The translations under genes and the position numbers were made by a program. Below the pieces are notes generated by a model. That model had not been told where the DNA came from and ran no database searches. It saw nothing but the letters and a program-made list of their open reading frames with translations. Shown here piece by piece: positions 19,711 to 29,349 of a stretch of 64,000 nt of DNA (within the stretch, counting starts at the first letter, position 1; every line of letters starts with the position of its first letter). The stretch is from assembly GCA_964422835.1 (NCBI GenBank), contig CAYRCR010000001.1, forward strand, positions 212,517-276,516. Direction: 5' to 3'. The DNA comes from an uncultured Gammaproteobacteria bacterium (GTDB lineage: Bacteria > Patescibacteriota > Microgenomatia > Daviesbacterales > UBA10151).

Positions 19711-20694
19711 TTATTTCATCCTCAAAACAGAAGTTATAGCTTTAATAATTTCCTCTTTTGTCAAACCGTATTTTTGTAAAAGCTCTTCCGGGGTGCCTGA
19801 TTGGCCGAATTTGTCATCAACTCCAATGATTTTTATGGGTACCGGAAAGTTTTGGGAAACATATTCCGCCACGGCGGATCCCATACCTCCCATCTTTTGA
19901 TGATCCTCAACTGTCACTATGGCTCCAGTCTCTTCTGCCGCAGATTGGATAACTTTTGTATCCATTGGTTTGATGGTGGGTAAATTTATTACCCGAACAC
20001 TAATTTTACTCTCTTCCAATTCCTTCGCAGCCAAAAGCGCATAATAGACCATCTCTCCCGTAGCAATGATAGTCGCGCTATTGCCTTCATGCATAATTTC
20101 CGCCTTTCCTATTTCAAAAGGGGAATCTTCTGTAGTAATAATGGGGCATTCACACCTGGGTAACCTTAAATAACAAGGCTTATCAAGTTCCATTATGGCC
20201 AATGTGGCTTTTTTGGCCTCAATGGCATCACAAGGAGAGAGGACCACCATGTTAGGCAATACCCTCATCAAGGCAATATCTTCCAAAGCCTGATGGGTTG
20301 CTCCATCCGGACCAACTGTTAAACCTGCATGCGAGCCAATAATTTTTACAGGCATGTCATTTAAACAAATTGTGGTTCTTATTTGTTCCCAATTCCTGCC
20401 CGGTGAAAACATGGCATAAGAGGTGGCAACCGGAATTTTGCCTGCTGCCGCAAGCCCCGAGGCCACAGTCACCAGATTTTGTTCTGCCACACCCACCTGA
20501 ATAAACCTACCCGGAAATTTTTCCTCAAAACCTTCCACTTTAGTAGATCTGGCCAAATCTGCAGTTACAACAATTATCCTGTCATTTTTCTCCGCAGCCA
20601 AAATCAAGCTTTCACCAAACCCATCACGGGGAGATTTCCGTTTTATATCATTATCAAATAATTTAGGATTTAGAAAAGTATTAGTGTTTGTCAT
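19711..20694 (-). CDS. transketolase, C-terminal (pyrimidine-binding) subunit
   Basis: GVAEQN, GPDGATHQALED, VEDH. Confidence 0.93.
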   Translation of the reverse strand: MTNTNTFLNPKLFDNDIKRKSPRDGFGESLILAAEKNDRIIVVTADLARSTKVEGFEEKFPGRFIQVGVAEQNLVTVASGLAAAGKIPVATSYAMFSPGRNWEQIRTTICLNDMPVKIIGSHAGLTVGPDGATHQALEDIALMRVLPNMVVLSPCDAIEAKKATLAIMELDKPCYLRLPRCECPIITTEDSPFEIGKAEIMHEGNSATIIATGEMVYYALLAAKELEESKISVRVINLPTIKPMDTKVIQSAAEETGAIVTVEDHQKMGGMGSAVAEYVSQNFPVPIKIIGVDDKFGQSGTPEELLQKYGLTKEEIIKAITSVLRMK

Positions 20695-20708
20695 GATATT
20701 CTTCGATT

Positions 20709-20756
20709 GAGCGTAGCGAATCGAGAAGTTTCTTTGGTAGTTCTCGACTACGCTCG
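20709..20756. repeat. palindromic repeat between transketolase subunit genes
   Basis: GAGCGTAG-CGAA-TCGAGAA...TTCTCGA-CTACGCTC; shares GAGCGTAGCGAA with 11529-11627. Confidence 0.75.
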
Positions 20757-20764
20757 AACAATAA

Positions 20765-21577
20765 TTACAAGGTCTTCTCTTTAAGTTCCTCCAAAGCTTT
20801 TTTCATGTCTTCTTCCGTAATCACCCTGCTATGCCACTGGTATTTGCCCTCCATAAAAGAAACTCCTTTGCCGGGAATGGTGTGGGCAATAATCACTGTG
20901 GGGTCATCAGAGATTTCTTTGGCTTCTCTAAATGCCCCCAAAATTTCTTCAAAATTGTGGCCGTCAATTTCTGCCACCTGCCAGCCAAAACTTAAAAATT
21001 TATCTTTGATGGGATCAAGCGGCATAATAGCTTCCGTCCCTCCGTCGCTTTGGATATTGTTCCTGTCAATTACCACAATCAAATTACCCAATCTATATTT
21101 ATCAGCAAACATGATAGCCTCCCAAACATTACCTTCATCAAGTTCAGTGTCTGACATCAAACAAAATACCTGTGACTCTTTTTTGTCATGCAAAAGCGCC
21201 CAGGCTATACCACAAGCTTGCGACAGGCCACATCCCAGGGGACCTGAAGTTGTCTCCAGCCCCGGTAAAGATTTTCTTTCCGGATGACCTTGTAATCTGG
21301 AACCAAACTTTCTTAAAGTTTTCAGCTCATCGGGTGAAAAATACCCGGCCCGGGCCATGGATGCATACTGGACCGGACAGATATGGCCATTGGATAAAAT
21401 TAACCTGTCCCGATCTTCCCAATCAGGCTTTGCCGGATCATGTTTGAGGATTTCAAAATAGAGGGCAGTGAAAATATCAGCCATGCCCAGAGATCCGGCT
21501 GGATGGCCCGAACCCGCCTCATAGATCATGGAGATTACGTCTTGCCTGATTTGGTTGGCAGTTTTGGGCAGATCCAT
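20765..21577 (-). CDS. transketolase, N-terminal (TPP-binding) subunit
   Basis: SGHPAGSLG, LSNGH, LQGHP, SDTELDEG..WEA. Confidence 0.93.
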   Translation of the reverse strand: MDLPKTANQIRQDVISMIYEAGSGHPAGSLGMADIFTALYFEILKHDPAKPDWEDRDRLILSNGHICPVQYASMARAGYFSPDELKTLRKFGSRLQGHPERKSLPGLETTSGPLGCGLSQACGIAWALLHDKKESQVFCLMSDTELDEGNVWEAIMFADKYRLGNLIVVIDRNNIQSDGGTEAIMPLDPIKDKFLSFGWQVAEIDGHNFEEILGAFREAKEISDDPTVIIAHTIPGKGVSFMEGKYQWHSRVITEEDMKKALEELKEKTL

Positions 21578-21583
21578 TTCAAT

Positions 21584-22204
21584 TTAAGCCTGGCCGTTCT
21601 CACGGCTGATTTTTAAATACTCATAATTACCTTTTTTAATCTCATCTTCAAAAAAAAGAATTGTGCGTAAAACTCCTTCAGGGGAGTTGGCAATTTTATA
21701 AACTTCAATCTCTTCCGGCCGAAGCAGCATGCTTTTCTTGAGGGCCTGCAAAATTTCAATCCAAAAATCTCCATATAAAATAATTGGTTTGTGATGGCCA
21801 AATTGAAGCCGGGCCAAACCCCAAGCCATGCCAAGTTCTGATAAAGTGCCTGATCCCCCATTGAAAACCACATAAACTTGTCCTTCCTTCATTAAAGTCA
21901 GAGTTCTTTCAACATAGTTTTGGGTTTTAATTTCGCTGTCAAGAGGGTTTTCCGGGCATCTTCCTTCGAAATTTTTCATGTCTTTAGGGTAATAGGTGAC
22001 ACCTATTACCTTACCTCCTCCTGCCTTGGCCCCGCAACTTGCCGCTTTCATCACTCCCGGTCCTCCTCCATCAACCACAGTGTACCCTGCTTCTGCCAAG
22101 GCTTTGGCCACACCGTAAGCATCTTTATAAAGTTGGCTTTCTTCTTCAGCATCTGCAAAACCGAAGATCGCCACATTATCAATGCTTTGCGCTTTTTGGA
22201 TCAT
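21584..22204 (-). CDS. LOG/SLOG-family protein
   Basis: GGGPGVMKA, NGGSGTLSE. Confidence 0.85.
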   Translation of the reverse strand: MIQKAQSIDNVAIFGFADAEEESQLYKDAYGVAKALAEAGYTVVDGGGPGVMKAASCGAKAGGGKVIGVTYYPKDMKNFEGRCPENPLDSEIKTQNYVERTLTLMKEGQVYVVFNGGSGTLSELGMAWGLARLQFGHHKPIILYGDFWIEILQALKKSMLLRPEEIEVYKIANSPEGVLRTILFFEDEIKKGNYEYLKISRENGQA

Positions 22205-22222
22205 ACTTTATTATCGCCCAAA

Positions 22223-22669
22223 TCAGTTAGTTTTTTCAATCTCTTGCAGTTTTTTAAGGCGTCTGACATGTCTTTCCTCTCCTGAAAAAGAAGTTTGGAG
22301 AAAAACTTTCACAATCTCAAAAGCAGTCTCGGCATCTAAAGTATCGGCGGGAAGTGAGATTATGTTGGCATCTTCATGTTCCCTTACCTGTTTGGCCCGC
22401 GCCACATCAGATACAAGGGCAGACCTTACCCCGTCTATTTTATTGGCTACTATGTCCACACCCACTCCTGAACCACACAAAATTATGCCACGGTTATCAG
22501 GCATCTCGTCCACAGCCTCAGCTACTTTTTGGGCAAAATCCACATAGTCATCCGCCGGATCCAGATGATCATTTCCAAGATCCGTCACCTCAAAACCCTC
22601 ATCCACCAGCCTTTTTTTCAATAGCTCTTTTAGTTCAAACCCCCGGTGATCAGCCCCAAGATATATCAT
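22223..22669 (-). CDS. rpiB: ribose-5-phosphate isomerase B
   Basis: GADHRGFELK, CGSGVG, ANK, RHVRR. Confidence 0.92.
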   Translation of the reverse strand: MIYLGADHRGFELKELLKKRLVDEGFEVTDLGNDHLDPADDYVDFAQKVAEAVDEMPDNRGIILCGSGVGVDIVANKIDGVRSALVSDVARAKQVREHEDANIISLPADTLDAETAFEIVKVFLQTSFSGEERHVRRLKKLQEIEKTN

Positions 22670-22679
22670 TAGTACTATT

Positions 22680-23252
22680 CTAGCGCATTTCGAACAATTT
22701 TTTGAAGACCAAATATGTGGCCTTGGCATCAGAGAGAGCGCGGTGCTTATTTTCCCTTTTAATTTTCAAATAATCACAGACTTCTCCGAGGCTAAATCTT
22801 TTAACTTTTATTTTGGGGAAGAGTTTGATATAAGCCATGGCCATCACATCAAGGCGGTGGTAATAAAAAGGATCAATTTTACCCAAAGTAAAATAAGCCC
22901 TGTCAAGCATAGCCCAGTCAAAAGAAACATTGTAGCCTGCTAAAATCCCACCTTCCGCAAATATATCAAGCCTTTCCAAAGCTTTTTCCAAACTTAAAGC
23001 ACACTTCCATTCCTCCTTAGTATAGCCATTTATTTTCATAGCTTCAGGGCTGGCAGTTTCAATATGTTTTGGAGCAACTTTTATTTCTAGCTCCTCCACA
23101 ATATTAAAAGGAGGCTTCGGGTTCACTTTCAAAGCCCCAATTTCAATAATTTCATGGGCGGAAATTCTAAGTCCTGTTGTTTCCGTATCCAGAAAAATCA
23201 AGGGGCGGTTCCTCATTTTCTTATCGGAATTTTTCACTGAATTGATGTCCAT
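22680..23252 (-). CDS. DEDDh 3'-5' exonuclease (DnaQ-like)
   Basis: DTETTG, YNVSFD, HRALSDA. Confidence 0.9.
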   Translation of the reverse strand: MDINSVKNSDKKMRNRPLIFLDTETTGLRISAHEIIEIGALKVNPKPPFNIVEELEIKVAPKHIETASPEAMKINGYTKEEWKCALSLEKALERLDIFAEGGILAGYNVSFDWAMLDRAYFTLGKIDPFYYHRLDVMAMAYIKLFPKIKVKRFSLGEVCDYLKIKRENKHRALSDAKATYLVFKKLFEMR

Positions 23253-23351
23253 AAGTTATGATACATTATGACACAGTTGACCAGACTTGCAAGCAGTGAT
23301 ATAAATTTTCTTGTCCTAATTCCGCCCTTAGCGGGAAAAGTGATCTTCAAG

Positions 23352-23378
23352 AAAACCCGCTACGTGCGGGTTTTTTTG
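23352..23378. terminator. intrinsic terminator (bidirectional-looking)
   Basis: AAAACCCGC-TACGT-GCGGGTTTTTTT. Confidence 0.8.
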
Positions 23379-23381
23379 ATT

Positions 23382-24002
23382 CTAAATCGGATGTATAGCT
23401 GAAAGCAAACTTGGCCGGCCATGGCCGGGATAAACAATTGTTTCTTTGGGTAATTTCAACATTCTTTTGATTGATTCCTTCAAGTCCTCACGGGATGAAT
23501 AGCTTCTGTCAGTCCTGCCTACAACTCCACCGTAAAACATTAAATCACCGCAAAATAATGCCCGGTCTTTTTTGGAATATAAGCATATCCCTCCGGGTGA
23601 ATGGCCGGGAGTGTCGTATACTTTGAGTTTGGTGCCACCTACATCCAACACTATACCTTCATTTACAGGCTTGAAATCAACCATAATATCAGCAACCTCC
23701 GCCATTTTAAAATACTCGGCAGATGATTTGGCCCGCTCCAGTAAAAACTGATCATCAGGGTGCATGTAAAAAGGAATATTGTAAGTTAAAACCAGGTCAT
23801 TGACCCCTAAAAGGTGGTCAAAATGGCCATGGGTTGAGAGAACCCAGACAGGTTTTAATTTCTTGTCCTCAATGATCCTGATAATATAATCTCCATCATC
23901 CCCCGGATCTACAATCCCAACCTCACCATTTGAGATTAAAAGATAGCAATTTGTCCTGACCGGACCCACTTTTAAAGTAATAATTTGCATGCCAACCATC
24001 AT
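23382..24002 (-). CDS. MBL-fold metallo-hydrolase (glyoxalase II-like)
   Basis: THGHFDH, TPGHSPG, PGHG. Confidence 0.9.
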   Translation of the reverse strand: MMVGMQIITLKVGPVRTNCYLLISNGEVGIVDPGDDGDYIIRIIEDKKLKPVWVLSTHGHFDHLLGVNDLVLTYNIPFYMHPDDQFLLERAKSSAEYFKMAEVADIMVDFKPVNEGIVLDVGGTKLKVYDTPGHSPGGICLYSKKDRALFCGDLMFYGGVVGRTDRSYSSREDLKESIKRMLKLPKETIVYPGHGRPSLLSAIHPI

Positions 24003-24014
24003 ATCATGATCGGC

Positions 24015-24530
24015 TTAAACTGTCTCTGGTAGTGAATCCACTTCATTTATTTTGACTTCCTGACGAAGTTCTTTTTGGAAGGGTCCATAATGCACCTCTG
24101 CTCTAATCTTTTTTCCATCCAAAACAGGCGGCAGCCAAAACCTATCAGCCGGCATCATTTCTTCAAATGGTAAATTATTTATTTCAAACCAGGTGGGGGT
24201 AATCATAGCTTCATCTCCTGTAGGTACTCCTGTCCAGCGGGGAGTTACAAAAACATGCACCTGGCAAATAAAGTTTTCTCCCTTGGCAGTTGTATTATGG
24301 AAATCAACTACGGCCATTTTTGTAAGATCTGCCTGTAAAACATCCAACCCTGATTCTTCTTTTAACTCCCTAACAGCCGCACCCCTTGGAGTTTCTCCCT
24401 TTTTTATCCCACCGCCATAACCATTCCATCTATCTTTGCCAATTTTTTTAGTTTTAAAAGCCAATAAAACTCTCTCCCCATCAATAGGAAAACAAAGTGT
24501 GGCTTGATATAAAACTTTCTCCTCTTCCAT
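24015..24530 (-). CDS. NUDIX hydrolase (MTH1/8-oxo-dGTPase-like)
   Basis: WNGYGG...ETPRGAAVRELKEESGL, MMPADRFW. Confidence 0.88.
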   Translation of the reverse strand: MEEEKVLYQATLCFPIDGERVLLAFKTKKIGKDRWNGYGGGIKKGETPRGAAVRELKEESGLDVLQADLTKMAVVDFHNTTAKGENFICQVHVFVTPRWTGVPTGDEAMITPTWFEINNLPFEEMMPADRFWLPPVLDGKKIRAEVHYGPFQKELRQEVKINEVDSLPETV

Positions 24531-24549
24531 TAGGTGGATTATAGCAAAT

Positions 24550-24623
24550 TGGCTGCGGGACTAGGAGTCGAACCTAGATAGACAAGTTCAGAGCCTGTCG
24601 TCCTACCATTAGACGATCCCGCA
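24550..24623 (-). tRNA. tRNA-Gln(CTG)
   Basis: TGCGGGATCGTCTAATGGTAGGACGACAGGCT-CTG-AACTTGTCTATCTAGGTTCGACTCCTAGTCCCGCAGCCA cloverleaf with encoded CCA. Confidence 0.95.
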
Positions 24624-24762
24624 TTGTTACAATGAGTGTATTTTATCAGGGTTTGGGCATCAATTAAAGTTTTTGGTATATCCCACCCCGGGGGTGGGAG
24701 TTTTGTTTAAATATTTTAGCCTCGCAAGACCTGGTCTGGGAGGCTGTCTGGGAGGCTACCAT

Positions 24763-25473
24763 TTATTGCGTCTCTAAAATATCTTTTACTTCCAGGAACC
24801 CATCTTTGTTTTTAAAACATTTCGGGACAATGTTATATCTATTCAAATCAAGGAGCAAGGGTAAATCATCCTTTATTTCCGACTGATCAGAAGCATATTT
24901 CATCAGTTCTTTTGTCAAAGCTTGTCTGCTATCCTCCCAATCAACAGGCAATCCGGATAATTTCTTCTCAATCATTTCCCCGCAAATTTTATCCTCCAAA
25001 ACCTCCTGCCCTCTGTCTCCTGCCATAACTATCAAGACATCTTTTTGGGATTGAGCCAGAAAATTTACCAATGCCCCAAAGTTATTGAAAGCCCCGGCCA
25101 AAACCAATCTATCTGTATGCCCGCACATTTTTTCAAAAACCCGCGAGCCGTTAATGCTCATCCAAAGAATATCTTTTCCTCCTGCCTCAATTTTATTAAT
25201 ACTGCTGATATGGTTACTGGCAGAAAACCTTTCAGGATCCATAGACAAACTTTCTCCGGCCAGGAGAGCATCCGGGTATTGCATTAAAGCCCGGGATAGA
25301 TTTTGTTCATTAACTACCAGTAGTCTGGCAGGATTTTTGGAAAGGAAAAGCGGCATATTGGATGAAGCCGCGTTGGCATCAACCATCACAGTAGTTCCAT
25401 TAAATTCAAAATCAGATGGCAGCTCGTAAAACCATACCTTTTCTATATGCACAGGGTAGATTATACCATCCAA
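24763..25473 (-). CDS. 2-phosphosulfolactate phosphatase (ComB)-family protein
   Basis: VMVD..AASS, LLAGE, SN, SINGSR, EDKICG. Confidence 0.75.
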   Translation of the reverse strand: MDGIIYPVHIEKVWFYELPSDFEFNGTTVMVDANAASSNMPLFLSKNPARLLVVNEQNLSRALMQYPDALLAGESLSMDPERFSASNHISSINKIEAGGKDILWMSINGSRVFEKMCGHTDRLVLAGAFNNFGALVNFLAQSQKDVLIVMAGDRGQEVLEDKICGEMIEKKLSGLPVDWEDSRQALTKELMKYASDQSEIKDDLPLLLDLNRYNIVPKCFKNKDGFLEVKDILETQ

Positions 25474-25493
25474 TAGCTGATCATCCCAATGTG

Positions 25494-26297
25494 TTAACCG
25501 TGGGTAACGTTCAATTGGTAAATGACAACCTCCCCAAAGTTGCTGTCACTGCAAAGACCTGATACCTCTTTGGTGCAGTTGGATTGGGTATAAACACCGG
25601 CTTTAAAATACCCTCCGGAATAGCTTTTATCCAGAATATAGGAAGGGTCCGCACTGTTGTTGTAATATATTGATGTTTTCCCACCGCTAACCACAAACTT
25701 AACAGTAAACCTTTTCCCTAAAGTGTAATTTGAGTCAAGAGTATAAATATTTTTTCCGTCCACATTAATGTATAACTTGGAAGATTCAAGACGGATAACG
25801 ATTACATCATCCAAAGAATCGTGTATCTGCCCGGCCACAACATGCTGTTTGGTTTTTGGCAGGGAAGTTATAGCCTGGTCAATAAACATGGTATGAGTAC
25901 CGGAAGTGGAAGACCAGCTGGCTTTTGTACTGCCATTATCCGTCATTTCCCGAAGTTCTGACCGGGGATAGCCTGAACCGCTGGTGGTTACACCGTTGAC
26001 CGCTGCCCGAAAGCGGACACCCCCTCCGGAGTTTGCCACAAACCAGGGATCGATCTGATAGGTATTTAGCGCTGGCTGTTTAATTTCTGTCGGACTCTCA
26101 ACAGAACCTATTGGTAAAGTTAATTTCCAGTCGGCAAGGTTAATAGCTGTTTGAGGTGATGCTGCCAAAATAACCGCAGGGGTTGGTGTTGGAGATGGTT
26201 TGGGTTTGCGTTTTTTAGCCGAAGCTTCAGAAGTAAATACCCCTAAAACCATGATAGTGGCAAAAATCCCAACCAGTACCCGAGCAAGCATCTTCAT
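25494..26297 (-). CDS. secreted polysaccharide lyase family 7 (alginate lyase-like)
   Basis: Signal peptide, PTPTP linker, WKLTLP, PRSELRE, QIH, YFKAGVYTQ. Confidence 0.9.
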   Translation of the reverse strand: MKMLARVLVGIFATIMVLGVFTSEASAKKRKPKPSPTPTPAVILAASPQTAINLADWKLTLPIGSVESPTEIKQPALNTYQIDPWFVANSGGGVRFRAAVNGVTTSGSGYPRSELREMTDNGSTKASWSSTSGTHTMFIDQAITSLPKTKQHVVAGQIHDSLDDVIVIRLESSKLYINVDGKNIYTLDSNYTLGKRFTVKFVVSGGKTSIYYNNSADPSYILDKSYSGGYFKAGVYTQSNCTKEVSGLCSDSNFGEVVIYQLNVTHG

Positions 26298-26455
26298 CAA
26301 AGTTTTGTGATTGTACCACAACCTAACGAAAACATCTGTCTTCTATCTTAATTTACGTACTTGACACATTCGACGACAATCCCAAAAGGGCTCGCCGCTC
26401 AGTGTCTGCGCGCTCAATGTAATCCATATTCGCGCTTGACAAACTAAAAAGAAGT

Positions 26456-26653
26456 CTATTTTTTCTTAAGGATCGGGAGGCCAGTGCGGGGGTTTTCTAC
26501 CACCATAAACCCTTCCGGGATATCATCCAAACTTCCATCCCGCTCTTCTCTGGCAAAAAAGTAAATTCTTTGCTGCCTGCCGGAGCGGAGCCTGACATCC
26601 TTAGAGTGGAGGAAATATTCCGTCCCTTTGTTGTTGGTATATTTATATGCCAT
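26456..26653 (-). CDS. small conserved-looking basic hypothetical protein
   Basis: 65 aa, YFLH...IYFF...VVENPRTGLPILKK; TATAAT 7 nt upstream. Confidence 0.75.
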   Translation of the reverse strand: MAYKYTNNKGTEYFLHSKDVRLRSGRQQRIYFFAREERDGSLDDIPEGFMVVENPRTGLPILKKK

Positions 26654-26914
26654 TTTTTAGATTATATCATAAGTCAGTTGTGGGGTAAAGATGGGGAAAT
26701 TAGAAACCTATTTTTTATGATTATTTAATAATCGGGGTTTCCCCTCTTTTCCTCAACACTTTACCCCCAAACCTGATTTAAAAGTATCTTAACTTCCGAG
26801 ATTAAGAAAACAATAAATTTTTTGTAAGGAATGCGCAAGGAAAGAATATCAGAATAGTGTAAGAGAATGTTATAGGTCTTGAAATGTAAGAAAAATACTT
26901 ATATAATTTGGGGC

Positions 26915-27586
26915 ATGACAAAATCAATACTAGTAGTGGAAGATGACCAGGGCCTGCAAAAGTACCTTAAAGAACTGCTTTCGGAAAACGGCTATAATGT
27001 ACGCGCAGCTTCGGATGGGATTGAAGCGCTCGGGGCCATTAAAAAACTTCCTCCTGATTTAGTCATCCTGGATTTAGGCCTTCCCAATATGAGCGGTGAG
27101 TCTGTCTGCACGGAAGTGCACAAAAAATACCCCGACGTGTCAGTTTTAATTTTAACGGCCAAGGATAGTGTGGCCGATATTGTGGCAGGATTAAATTTAG
27201 GGGCAGATGATTATATGACCAAACCATTTGTGGCAGATGAGCTTCTGGCAAGGATAAAGGCCAGGCTCCGGGAAAAAGGCAATAATGAGATAGAGTTGCA
27301 GGTTGGGGATTTGGTGCTAGATACTAAAAATTTTGAGGTCAAGCGGGGTAAGAAACAAATCCAGCTTACTCCCCAGGAATTTAAGCTCCTGCAATACTTA
27401 ATGACCAATAAAGGCAGGATTTTAACCCGGGAAATGATATTAAACAGGGTCTGGCTTTATTCACAGGATATAGAAACCCGGGTGATTGATGTTTATGTGG
27501 GGTATTTGCGGAAAAAAATTGACACAGGTTTTGATAAAAAGCTCATCCACTCTGTCCGTGGTTTTGGGTACATGGTTAAGGAGTGA
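26915..27586 (+). CDS. OmpR/PhoB-family response regulator
   Basis: ILVVEDD, LDLGLP, GADDYMTKPF, winged helix VRGFGY. Confidence 0.95.
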   Translation: MTKSILVVEDDQGLQKYLKELLSENGYNVRAASDGIEALGAIKKLPPDLVILDLGLPNMSGESVCTEVHKKYPDVSVLILTAKDSVADIVAGLNLGADDYMTKPFVADELLARIKARLREKGNNEIELQVGDLVLDTKNFEVKRGKKQIQLTPQEFKLLQYLMTNKGRILTREMILNRVWLYSQDIETRVIDVYVGYLRKKIDTGFDKKLIHSVRGFGYMVKE

Positions 27587-27590
27587 GTAT

Positions 27591-28307
27591 ATGTACCTAG
27601 ACTGCGAACCACCACAAAGAAGATTGCAGATCATCGTAGTACGCCATGGGGAACCAGAGAAATATGCTGCCACGGACGCCAGATTATCCGAAAATGGTGT
27701 GAGTCAAATTAGAGATTTTAAAGACGAGGTAGTTGCAAGACTCCAGGATGAAACCTCTAGGTGCCTAGTACAAATATTTCACAGCACCCGCCAACGCACA
27801 CATCAATCAGCAACTATTATTTATGATGGGATAGCGGCAGAAATCAAATCTGGCAGGTTAACAAATACGTTACTGGCAGATACCAGAAGCTGCGAAGCCC
27901 TTCAAACCGCCGATCCCTTAAATAGATTACAAGAGGAAGGAGTTACTCCAGATAGATTAATGCATGTTTGGCTGACCACACCAGAAGAAGAGTTAGCGTC
28001 ACGGGGAATATTAACCCCCAGTCAAATCGCACACAACTTCCGAAGACTCGTAGGCGAATTGGTCTGTTGTCCGATCTGGCCGGATGGCATTTCAAAAAAG
28101 ATTGACATTCTACAAACCCATGAGACCTCAACTGCCGCCATACTGGGCTCATGGCTTGGAAAACCAATATCCGAACAACGCATCGAATACGCGGGACATA
28201 TCAACATTGTAGCTCCTTATCCCGGTGATGATGCTCGTGACAATCCCTGGTTTGGGATTCAAGGTAGCGGCCACAAGCCAGATAGAAAATTATTTATGCC
28301 GCTTTAG
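27591..28307 (+). CDS. histidine phosphatase superfamily protein
   Basis: VVRHGE, STRQRTHQSA, QTHE motifs; ATG 4 nt after the regulator stop. Confidence 0.8.
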   Translation: MYLDCEPPQRRLQIIVVRHGEPEKYAATDARLSENGVSQIRDFKDEVVARLQDETSRCLVQIFHSTRQRTHQSATIIYDGIAAEIKSGRLTNTLLADTRSCEALQTADPLNRLQEEGVTPDRLMHVWLTTPEEELASRGILTPSQIAHNFRRLVGELVCCPIWPDGISKKIDILQTHETSTAAILGSWLGKPISEQRIEYAGHINIVAPYPGDDARDNPWFGIQGSGHKPDRKLFMPL

Positions 28308-29349
28308 TTAGTTTCCGTGGATGCTCCCTAAAAAACTCGTCAACAATATCTTCCACCGGCAAACCAAAATCTTTGGGACGGTCGCCTAAACGGATTACAT
28401 CTCGAAGATATCCCGTCCTAACATCATTCATCGCCACAAGACAACTTGCCCCATAGGGCTCAAAATATCGCTTACAAAAGTCTATGCAATAATACCGAAG
28501 GTTTTCACTGAACAAATGCGAGCGCATCGGAAATCTGCGTTGGCAGGAATAGACCCATTCATTAACGATGCTCATCATCCTTTCTTTAACCATATTTGCC
28601 GCTCCCACAGTCGCCATCCCCTCCTGGAGCCGCGTTAGATCTTGCTCATCCGTTTCTCCCCCCAGATCGATCCGTAAAGATTTTAGCTGTCTATTAAATC
28701 TTAATAAATCGTTATCTGCGATAGCTTTTGCAACAGCACCACGAAATTTTTCTGCCCTCTTTTCTACTGCCGGGCTAGCTATAACTACCACAACAAAGGA
28801 TTTGTCTTCTCTTCGACACGAATATTTAACACTATTAAGTTGCGCTCTTCCCCCAAGGTCTCTATAAGGATAAGTGATTACCGGCGCCGCTCTTACATGG
28901 AATACTTGTTGCGTAGGTGTTTGCTGTGGGCGGATGTATCCTCTGTCAGCATAAACCATTACTTCCGAAGTCCGAGCTAAAGCCCAATCGCTAGATTGGT
29001 GACCAGTTGCGGCGTTACCCCATTTAACACCCTCGTGCTCCTCCACCGATCTTAAATATTCGTCAAACTCATCATGAATAATCACTAGTTCGCGGCCAGT
29101 TTCTTTTAGGTGGTTCCCAATTTTCTTCACGAGAGGATGCGGCGAATCACCTGACATAAACTCCACAAGCTGCCTCGCCACAATACTTTTTCCCGCATAA
29201 GGCACTCCGTTAACATTCAATTCAACAACCCCCACTCCTTTATTACCAAGGGCAGAGTTACCTACCATTAAACTACCACTAACCTCCATCAAGAACCCAT
29301 CAATTTCAGGCAAACTTAGCAATACCCCATACCTTTCTTTCGTGTTCAT
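28294..29349 (-). CDS. uncharacterised P-loop NTPase/kinase-like protein
   Basis: LNVNGVPYAGKS Walker A; start overlaps the HK stop (ATGA). Confidence 0.6.
   Translation of the reverse strand: MNTKERYGVLLSLPEIDGFLMEVSGSLMVGNSALGNKGVGVVELNVNGVPYAGKSIVARQLVEFMSGDSPHPLVKKIGNHLKETGRELVIIHDEFDEYLRSVEEHEGVKWGNAATGHQSSDWALARTSEVMVYADRGYIRPQQTPTQQVFHVRAAPVITYPYRDLGGRAQLNSVKYSCRREDKSFVVVVIASPAVEKRAEKFRGAVAKAIADNDLLRFNRQLKSLRIDLGGETDEQDLTRLQEGMATVGAANMVKERMMSIVNEWVYSCQRRFPMRSHLFSENLRYYCIDFCKRYFEPYGASCLVAMNDVRTGYLRDVIRLGDRPKDFGLPVEDIVDEFFREHPRKLTKAA

Noticed and set aside
24550-24623. tRNA-Gln as integration site of an island
   Set aside because: No duplicated tRNA 3' end or integrase found in the window.
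24734-24757. Tandem GTCTGGGAGGCT x2
   Set aside because: Only two units, a local duplication of one arm of the AGCCTC..GAGGCT hairpin; not an array.
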